Assembly: GCA_013239625.1 (NCBI GenBank)
Contig: MU054338.1
Coordinates: 1,986,001 to 2,050,000 of the forward strand
Direction: 5' to 3'
DNA from: Lama guanicoe
Taxonomy: Eukaryota
Length of the DNA: 64,000 nt
The notes under the pieces are model-generated. The model searched no databases, was not told the origin of the DNA, and saw nothing but the letters and a program-made list of their open reading frames with translations. Both the position numbers and the translations under genes were made by a program. The first letter of the stretch is position 1; each line of letters begins with the position of its first letter. Shown piece after piece: positions 55,200 to 64,000 of this stretch.

Positions 55200-56240
55200 G
55201 CACAACTCCAAGCTCCAGACTACAAGTCCCACAATCCATTGAGACATCCGTTTAGGAACCTATCATGATTTCTTTATTCCTTTTTCATTCATTTATCCAA
55301 AAATTGTATAAGCCACCCACTGTGTGCCAGGCCTTGTGTTAGGTTCTGGGGAATACACCAGTGCACAAAGCAGACACAAGTCTTTGCTCTCACGGAGTTT
55401 AACATGTACGTCCCTTGGGACTTTTAAGTGCTATCCGCCTCCCTCCCCCAACTTCTGCCAGGAAGACTTCAGCTCCCGTGACCCTTTGCGCTAGCCAAAT
55501 GAGACTACAATTCCCAGGAGACCAGCGAACCAGGTCGGCCCCTCGCTTCCTCATTCCCAAGTGTCTTCCGGGTTACAAGGTCACGTTCTGCTCCCCATCT
55601 CTCCCCTCCCCCCTTCTCCCCCCGAGAAGAGTTTCAGTAAGTTCTGCGGCTAATAGTTTTTTCAAGTCCCCGTAGTCTCCGACTTGGAGTTTATGTGACT
55701 CTTCAGTGGTTTGAGCCAAATGGTCCAATACAGCTTAGTCCATCAAGAAGTAACAATGAACCTACAACTTCCAGGTGGCTCGGCGCGCGCGCGGGGAGAC
55801 TACAACTCCCAGCAGGCAGCACGGCGGGCGGGCGGCCCTCGGCGGTGCCCGCAGGACCCCGGAGCGGGCGCGGGCTGCCCAACGCGGCGCCCGCAGGACC
55901 CCGGCGCCTACCCATGCCGAGGTGAGTCCGCGGGAGCCGCTGCCGCCGCCGTCCCCGCCGTCCCCGCCGCCGTCCCGTCTCCGCTGCCGCCCCGCGCGGC
56001 CCAGCCGCCGGCCAGGATGCTGGAGGAAGCGGGCGAGGTGCTGGAGAACATGCTGAAGGCGTCGTGCCTTCCTCTTGGCTTCATCGTCTTCCTGCCCGCG
56101 GTGCTGCTGCTCGTGGCGCCACCGCTGCCCGCCGCCGACGCGGCGCACGAGTTCACCGTCTACCGCATGCAGCAGTACGACCTGCAGGGGCAGCCCTACG
56201 GTGCGTGGACCCGGGCCCCTGGCCTCCCCCCGGGGCCTGG
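55200..56240. promoter_or_regulatory. NCLN promoter / CpG island with ZNF143/THAP11-type ACTACA-TCCCA motifs
   Basis: ACTACAAGTCCCA (55219), ACTACAATTCCCA (55504), CCTACAACTTCCA (55761), ACTACAACTCCCA (55799); CCAAT near 55725; CpG island 55770-56240. Confidence 0.8.
56017..56200 (+). CDS. NCLN: NCLN exon 1 (coding part, signal peptide)
   Basis: aggATGC...CCCTACG|gtgcgt. Confidence 0.95.
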
Positions 56241-59200
56241 TTTTCTCCCTGGGCTCCTGGCCTCCCCTCACCTGACCTTCCGCTCAGCCTTGCCCCTCCC
56301 TCCCCGGAGCCCCGGCCTACCCCGGCGGGCTGCCCTTCTCCCGTGGTTCGGTCTCTGCTCCCCGGGCCCCAGGACCCACCACTCCTACCTGTCCAGCAGG
56401 AGTCCAGCCCGCGGACCTCACTTGGGCCGCAAGACCCTTTCAAGCCCCAGGCATGTCTGAGCCTGGATACCTGGACTGACATTAGGCCCCCAGCTCTCTG
56501 CTCGGTGCCCCAGGGACCTGCCGCGCTGGCTCCCACGGCCCCCTGGCCTCCTCCCTGACAAGGGCTTCATGCTCCAGAACGCAGACTTCCCTCCCACTCC
56601 TCAGGCCAAGCTCCCCTTGCTCCTGGACTCTTGGGTCCCCTCTCTCTTCGATTCCCAGCTGGAACAAAGTTCCAACCTTTGGCCTACTTGGTTTGAAGTG
56701 GAGCCTCCCAGCTCAATTCTGCCAGGCCGAGTGGCCCAACCCTCCATGGCCCTGGGCACCCCGGTGTTCTTTGTCCAGTACTCACATCTGCCCCCACTCA
56801 GGGCTGCAGAAATCTGGTCAGTGGGCCCCATAACAAGGACCATCCCTCCCCAGGCTCTGCACCCTGAGCCAAATTCCTCAGAATGCCTTAGCTAATTCCC
56901 CAGTCTTTGGCTCTTGAAATTCCTTGGACCCCATGTGTTGTTCCGTCCTTTGGTGTGTACACCCCTCCGCAGGCTTCTTGGAAGCCCTGCCACCCCACCC
57001 CCCACTCCTTCTCCCCGGGATTTCAGACCCCCTAGGCCTGCTTTCTTGTCTGTCCTGACCCCAGTGCACAAGTCATTCTAAATTCCCTTTTCTTTTCCCC
57101 ACCTTGCTGTATTCGGTGTTCCAGAATCTTCTGGCCTCTGGTTTACCTTCCAGCCTGCTGCCTCAGTTCCAGCAAGTCAAGGCTGCCCTCCCCATGAGGG
57201 AGCCCCCTCTGCAGTCCTCCTGGTCCCCTCACTGCTCAGCCCTGGCTTTCTTGGACTTGCCTGGCCTGAGCCCCTGGGACCCCCCGCCACTGCCAGGCCC
57301 TTGCAGAGACCCAGTTTTTAGAGGCGTGTCCCGACGTGTCCCGACTGCCCCTCGGATTCCTCCTCACCCCGGAGTTACGTCGTTGTTTCTGTTTCGTGCC
57401 ACGGTTGTCAACCCAGGGATCACCGAGTGATGACTTAGAGGTTGTCACGCCTGGGGGCTCCTGGCATGCAGTGGGGTGGGGGCAGGGCACACGGGCGCGT
57501 CCCCAGAGCCCAGGACGACCCCCTGCAGAGAAGGACCAGGCCACAAATGTCAGCAGTGCTGAGAGGGAGGCACTCGCCGTCCCTGTAGTGATGGCTTTGC
57601 CCAGGCCCCTGCCGGTGGGGTGGGAGGCCAGGAGCTCGGGCACTTCTTGACGTTGTGGGCATCTTCCTGGGGAGAGGGTCTCGACCAGTCATGTGTGGCC
57701 CCTTGAGATGTGACTCATGAAACAGAGAAACGGGGTCTTGACCGAAGTTTGGCATTTAATTGTAATACGCTCCAATAGCCATGTGTGACCAGCGGCTGCC
57801 ATCCTGGTCTAGGGGATTCCGCCATCCGGGAGGCCCGCATCCTAGAACTCCAGATGGAGTCGCGAGTCCTTCCCTCACTCGGTCGCTCCTCTGTTCTGCT
57901 GCCCCTCCCAGCACGGCTCCCGCCCCCTGGGCGGCTGTAGCCCCGCAGGCCCTGGGTCCCCCACTGCCTGCTCCGCACTAGCCTGCTTGCAGATGTGCCC
58001 CCCGCCCCCACCCCACCCCCACCCTTGCTCCAAACAGGGGCTTCAGACCAGCCCCTGATGGCAGAGCCGCCTCCTCGTTGACCTCCCTGCAGGTCCCCAG
58101 GCAGCCCCTCTCCTTTTTCCCTGCCCTCCACCCTCCTCTCCTCCTTCCTCTCAGCTCTCCTTTCCTCTTTCCATGAGTCCTTTGCCCAGATCCTGGATTC
58201 TTTCCTATTCCTTTTTCTGACCCCCCCACCCCCTCACCCCAGTACACGCCCTCCTTCCCGGCCCTGTCTTTGTCACTCTTGGTGAGAAACCCAGACACCT
58301 CCTGGGCTTGGGTGTGAGCACAGGGGCCTGGGTGGGCGTCTACACCCCAATCTGGTCACACCAGGTGGTGTCCCCCATTGGCGGGGACAGGAGGCGCCCA
58401 CTGCTGCCTGGGGAGGTACTCAGCACTGGGGAGGGTGGTTCGTGTTGAGGGGAGGCCCCTAGAGGGTCTGGGGTGATGCTTGTCCCCCGGAGGCCACAGG
58501 AAGGGAACAGCCTTTGACAGCTGGTCTGCTGGGTCATTGCCGATTGCAGCATCCCGTGTCCCCAGTGTCACACATGCCCTAGGCTCCCGCCTCCTGGTGC
58601 AACCCTTGCTCTGGGTCTCCTTTCCCAACTTCCTGTCGCTCCTGTTGAGAAACCCAGAGGGGCGGACTGCTGGGAAGGAGAGGCTGTGTTCTTTGAGCTG
58701 GGGTGTGACCTCCCCCCCAGGTGGACTCTGGCCCTTCCAGGGTGGCCCCCTGCTTTCACAGTGCCTGCTGGTGCCTGTGCTGTGGTCAGCGACCCCCCTT
58801 GCGTCCGTTCTTGTACCCGCTGACACAGGGCCCTGGGAGTCAGGGACATAGGCATCTGGCTGGGCAGGCTTCCAGGGCTCCCTCCCCTGGCCCGGCTCTC
58901 CATCCTTGTTGTAAATAAAGTTGTATCTACACATGGTCACGCCCGCCGTCGGTGCTTCCTGCTGCAAAGTACAAGTGCCACCCGCAATAGGGGAGGATTG
59001 GCCCTGGGCCCTCGATAGAGAAGTTTGCAATGCCTGTTCAGGTCTGGCCCCATTGCAGGAACCAGCGACTTCTATCCAGGTGTCCAGGGCCCGTCCCCAC
59101 ACAGGGGTGATCGAGGCTGCGCCAGCTTCAGCCTCACTCACTCCAGCAAAGACAGTCTCTGCCCTTGGGGTGTTCAGGGTTTGGAGGAAGTTGGCTCTCA

Positions 59201-62200
59201 CCCACTCCTTCCCTTCTCTGGCCTCACCCCCTCCCTCTGGAAAGTGGGGTCACAGTAGGCTGTGTGTCCCTCTGTATCCCCACCCCAAGGTGACACCTGA
59301 GAGGCTGTGAGCCCCTGGGAGGCTGCAGTGGGACAGGTGGAGCTGGGGAGGGGCCTGCCCCGCATTCCTGGAGCTTCAAGGGCTCCTGAAGGTCTTTACC
59401 GCCCTCCCATGGTGGCCCTAAAGCAGAGGAGAGGCCGGAGGGGTGGACAGAGGCATGGAGCCCCCAGCCTGGGGCACACGGCCACCTGCGCTCTGTGATC
59501 ACTGGTCCCTGAGACCGCCTGCCCATTCCCATGTGGTGTGCAGTCCCTCTGTGTCCTGCTGGTCCCCTCCTCCGACCCACCCTCGGGATGAGCTGTAGGA
59601 AGCGGCCCTTCTCCCGGAGACACGTTCCTGGAAAGCAGAGATGGGGACCTTGCTCCTGGCCCCAAGCCTCATCTCTGAGGACACAGGCGTTACTTTGCCT
59701 GCAGCCTCGACCTTCAGGCAGCAGGCTCACTTCCACGGGGAAGCAGACCCGTGTCTCTGTGCTGTTACTTTACTGCGTGGGTCTCAAACTGGAGCCCCTG
59801 AGGGCCACATCTGGCCCCCACACGGGAGACCAGGTGTCCATTCACCATGTCCTGGCTGGTGTGCGTCAGAGCCCACTGGACCAGGGATTTCTGGGTGATG
59901 CTCGATTTCTCCCTCAGTGAGTGAGGTCGCTACCCCGGCACCCCAGTCTAGTTAGGGTGTATATAGCAAGGAAACACTGGGTGGTGCTGGGGTTCCAGGG
60001 AAATGGACAAGGCGGGGTTGGAGCGGTGGAGAGGAGGGGCCCTGCCCTGATGGGGCAGGACGGAGACCACCAGCTCAGGTCAGCCAGGGGAGGAGTTTGG
60101 GTTTTCCCAGGGCCATGGGGACCCGGGGCAGTCTTGCAGCCTGGGGGCTCCCTCTGCTGGCACTGAGACCCCTGCTTGCTGACTCGCCCTGGAGTGGATG
60201 CTGCTGGCTGTACAGGGGTCTCGACAGTCTGGGCACGAGGCCCCGGGGGTTGGGTTTGGTCAGCTGGCACCTGCGGGGCCCTGCGTGCAGGGCACTGGGG
60301 GCCCGTGGGGCCGCGTCGGGGGAGCAGGGCCACCTGGGCTCCCTTCCCGGGGCTCCTGCTGATGTTCCTTCCTTGGCAGGTGGTCTGCGGGGAGCCTGGC
60401 CTCTCCTGCGGGCTGGGAGGAGGGCATGCCACGTCCCGTGGATCTCAGGAGTCACGGGAGCCACGCTAGCTGGGCACAGCCGGCGCCCGCGCCTGGTGGG
60501 CAGGGCAGTGCTGCTTTCTGCCGGGGTTGCGGGGAGCAGGGCTGAGCGTGGGGGGCGGTGCCAGCGCAGAGGCAGCAGGTGGAGCCCTGACTAGGAGTGG
60601 GGGGGTGGTCCAGGGAGAAGGGTCTTAGTTTTCATTGGGTTCTCCGAAGGCCCCGCAAGTCACCAGGGTTTGGGTTGGGTGGCCAGGGTCCCCGCGCCCC
60701 TCTGAGGGAGCCCCTCCCCCGCAGGCACGCGGAACGCGGTGCTCAACACGGAGGCGCGCACCATCGACGCGGACGTGCTGAGCCGCCGCTGCGTGCTCAT
60801 GCGGCTGCTGGACTTCTCCTACGAGCGCTACCAGCGGGCCCTGCGCCAGTCGGCCGGCGCCGTGGTCATCATCCTGCCCCGGGCCATGGCTGCCGTGCCC
60901 CAGGACGTCATCCGGGTGAGCCCCGCCCCGCCACGCCGCCTGGGTTTGGGGTGGGCTCTGGGACCTTGGGCAAGTCGCTGCCCCTCCCTGAGCCCCTCCC
61001 TGAGCGTTGTCTGGGGACATCTGTGGTTGTCACGCTGGGTGGTCCCTGGCGTTGAGTGGGTGGGGCAGGGAGGCTGCTCCACAGCCCAGTGTCCAGGACG
61101 CCCGCAGAGGAGGACCCAGCCCCCTATCAGCAGTGCCGAGCGGGAGAGAGCTGCTTTGAACTTATGGGATCTGGTAGGGCCCCACAGGGCACTGTGGGTG
61201 GAGGTGCTCTTGCAGATGAGCAGGGGTGTGGGGCCAGGGAGGCCCCTCAGTGCAGGGGGGTTCACGCCCACTGTCTCTGCAGGTCCCTACCAGCACCCAC
61301 GTACCACTGAGGATGCGATGGCCAGTGGGCGTGGGATCTGACCCCAGCCAGCCCTCCACACAGCCTGTTCTCCCAACCTGCTTCCTCCCCACCGGAACCA
61401 TGAGCATCACCAGGCCTCGCCCATCCCTGCGTCCACGTCTGGGGTCCCCCTCTCCCAAGCCAGAAGTCCCCTGAATGTGTGTCTTTCTCACAGCAATTCA
61501 TGGAGATTGAGCCCGAGATGCTGGCCATGGAGACCATTGTTCCTGTGTACTTCGCCGTGGAGGATGACGCCCTGCTCTCCATCTATGAGCAGACGCAGGC
61601 CGCGTCTGCCTCCCAGGGCTCCGCCTCGGCCGCCGAAGGTGGGCTCGGGCTGCAGGGGCGGGGGGCAACCCAGGGGCTCCCGATCCACCAAGGCCACTCT
61701 GTGCAGATTTGGGAACATGCCTCAGCGGGAGGGTGTGGCATCAGTCCCTCTTCATTCGTGGTGGAGGCACCAGGCACCCCACAGCTGCCATGTCACAGCT
61801 GTGTGTTTCAGCCCCAGCCCCGCCCACCACCCTTTCCCGTGCTGGAGACCTGCTGATTTGGAGGGACATATTTCCCATCTCCAGCCTCTGGATGGTTTGG
61901 GGAATGTACAGGCATCTGTGTGGTTTTCTGTGTCCCTTCTTCCTCCCAAGTAAATTCTTGGTGTCACTTGTCACTGGCTTGCTTACATAGGTCAGGGTGG
62001 GTCAGCGACACTCTGGGATAACACGGTTCCCCCTACCTGTGGGCTGGGGGACGCCGCAGTGGGCTTGGGGGCCAGGAGCTCTGTAGTTTGACCCGTCTCA
62101 GGAGTGGTGGGGAGTGGGCCGCTGTCAGAGTGAGCTGGCGAAAGTAGCCAAAGGAATGGGCTGAGAGGCTCAAACAGTGGGTTCAGGAAGAGGAAATGAG

Positions 62201-63942
62201 TCCTCAGAGCCCACGGGAGCAGGGGGGCAGGCAAGTGTGTCCAAGCAATGGGTTCCGAGGGGTGAACTTGGACCAGTGCCTTGGGGAAACAGTATGTCCA
62301 CATGTATTTGAGCTGTAAATGAAGGTTCATGTTTCCTGGCCAGGTTATTAGCTGTGGATGCTGGACTGGGGGTTGGCAAACCATGGCCTGCAGCTGCCTC
62401 TTCACGTAAATGAAGTTTTACTGGCACACAGCCAACGTTTACATGTGGTTTACAGGGACTTTCATGCTGCAACAGCAGAGTTGAGTGGCTGTGACAGACC
62501 ATCTGGCCCACAGAGCTGGAAATACCAACTGGCCCTTTACAGGAAAAGTTTGCCAACCCCTGGGCTAGATTCAAGTCTGGAGGACAGCCACCTGCACTGT
62601 GGCAACAGGAGAATGAGTTTTTGGAAAGACCTAGATTTCTAGTTAGAGTAGAAGGTGAGTAGAATCAGCTACCCAGTGGAATATTATGCAGCCCTCAAAA
62701 TGACATCAGGGTAGAACTTTTAGTGGCGTGGGAAAGTTTATTTCACCTCGGTTAGTGGAAGAAGCAAAATATAAAATCATAAATCTCAGTCACCATGCTT
62801 AGCAATAGCACCTTTGTTTTGGAACACCTTAAGCTATAGAAGTCGCAAAGACAGCACACTTCCTGAGGGGCGCCCTACTCCCAGCTTCCCCCCAGGGGTG
62901 ACCTCTTCCACGCCCCTTACGATTGTGGTTTTAAACGTGTAAAGAACGGGAGGGCTTGAGACAGGATAAGCTCACAGGCGTGAGAAGATGACACCCCCGG
63001 TGGGCTACTCGCTCACACTGAGCAAGCCGTGTCTGCTTTCGGGGCTGGGCTGGAGCGTCGTGGACCACCAGGCGGGAAACTTCTGTTCTGAGGTCGTGGC
63101 TGAATTGATCCTTGGGAGGCCGGGCCAGAGGTCTTGTGTGCGCCTCTGTGATTTTAGAACGAGAGGGCCGCCCACACACCCCTCAGCAGCCTGCGTGCAG
63201 GCGGGGTGACCACTCCACCAGCTCTCATCCTTTACTCCCGAGTTCTTCCCCGTGTCCAGTCCGTGTGTTCAGTTATGCTTTTGCTCAGACCGCACTCCTA
63301 GGACCTAGGGTGTAGGGGCAGCAAGGATGCGGCTCTGGGCCAGGAACCGCAGGCTTGGGCTGACCCTCCCTTCCCTGTCCTCAGTGCTGCTACACACCGC
63401 CACCGCCAACGGCTTCCAGATGGTCACCAGCGGGGTCCAGAGCAAGGCCGTGAGTGACTGGCTCATCACCAGCGTGGAGGTGAGTGCCCAGCAGGGCACG
63501 TGGGAAGGGGGCTCCCAGACCTCAGCTCAGCCTGCCGTGTGAGGACCCTGGCCAGGGCGCCGGACCTGGACCCTGCGGGGCTGTTCTGCACTCCTCTGAC
63601 CGCGCCCTTTCTCCTGGCAGCAGAGCTCAGCCTTTGAAGGGTGGGTCTGGTTCCTGGGTGGAAAAGCCTGGTTGGCACTGCAGCCCTGAGCCAAGTCTGG
63701 CCTCCGCTGGTCTCTGTAAATAAAGTTTTATTAGCATGCAGTCCCGCCCACTTGTCCGCACATGTCCACAGTGGAGCCGGCAAAAGCAAGGGCGCTGCTG
63801 TCAGGTGGGGGCGGGCAGCCCACTGTCTGGCTGGTGGCCCTTTACACCTGTGTGTCTGCAGGGGCGGCTGACTGGGCTGGGTGGAGAGGACCTGCCCACC
63901 ATCGTCATTGTGGCCCACTACGACGCCTTCGGGGTGGCCCCG
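56017..63942 (+). CDS. NCLN: Nicalin (BOS complex subunit), exons 1-5, truncated by the window end (gene span)
   Basis: join(56017-56200,60725-60915,61494-61638,63385-63479,63862-63942); sizes 184/191/145/95/81 keep frame. Encodes MLEEAGEVLENMLKASCLPLGFIVFLPAVLLLVAPPLPAADAAHEFTVYRMQQYDL...LPTIVIVAHYDAFGVAP. Confidence 0.97.
60725..60915 (+). CDS. NCLN: NCLN exon 2
   Basis: cccgcag|GCACG...ATCCGG|gtgagc; encodes TRNAVLNTEARTIDADVLSRRCVLMRLLDFSYE...PQDVIR. Confidence 0.95.
61005..61150. mobile_element. MER20-like relic
   Basis: tgtctggggacatctgtggttgtcacgctggg...gagtgggtggggcagggaggctgctccacagccc. Confidence 0.65.
61494..61638 (+). CDS. NCLN: NCLN exon 3
   Basis: ctcacag|CAATTC...GCCGAAG|gtgggc; encodes QFMEIEPEMLAMETIVPVYFAVEDDALL...SAAE. 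Confidence 0.95.
62365..62562. mobile_element. MER58A-like relic
   Basis: ggggttggcaaaccatggcc...gtaaatgaagttttactggcacacagcca...ggccctttacaggaaaagtttgccaacccctg. Confidence 0.8.
63385..63479 (+). CDS. NCLN: NCLN exon 4
   Basis: tcctcag|TGCTG...GTGGAG|gtgagt; encodes LLHTATANGFQMVTSGVQSKAVSDWLITSVE. Confidence 0.95.
63862..63942 (+). CDS. NCLN: NCLN exon 5
   Basis: tctgcag|GGGCGG...GCCCCG|gtacgt; encodes GRLTGLGGEDLPTIVIVAHYDAFGVAP. Confidence 0.95.
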
Positions 63943-64000
63943 GTACGTGTGCCCTCCCCTGTCCGGGGCAGACGCAGCTCTGCATCCTCTCTTGGGTCCC

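Noticed and set aside
55711..56016. In-frame upstream ATGs (55720, 55756) extending NCLN
   Set aside because: They lie among promoter motifs, probably upstream of the TSS, and an extension would displace the signal peptide.

Overview
This is GC-rich mammalian genomic DNA carrying four + strand genes in the order GNA11 (coding exons 2-7; exon 1 lies upstream of the window), GNA15 (all 7 coding exons, 374 aa), S1PR4 (single-exon CDS, 385 aa) and NCLN (exons 1-5, continuing past the window end). The order matches the human 19p13.3 cluster. Six tRNA-Ala-derived SINEs of the camelid Vic-1 type, and no recognisable Alu, Bov-tA or PRE-1, point to a camelid (alpaca/camel) genome; this is an inference. 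All exon boundaries were read by hand, are GT-AG and keep frame. Introns and intergenic DNA hold L1, L2, MIR, MLT1 and MER elements, named from recalled consensus sequences rather than a RepeatMasker run. I found no evidence of a new protein-coding system. The best leads are: (i) distant copies of three ancient repeat families (MER20, L1MB, L2) sharing the same GC-shifted derived bases, (ii) an L2-borne CTCF+AP-1 module in divergent orientation around the GNA15 promoter, (iii) a uORF overlapping a consensus splice donor in the NCLN 5' leader, (iv) tandem FOX:ETS motifs before S1PR4, and (v) very high nucleotide identity between GNA11 and GNA15 exon 2.
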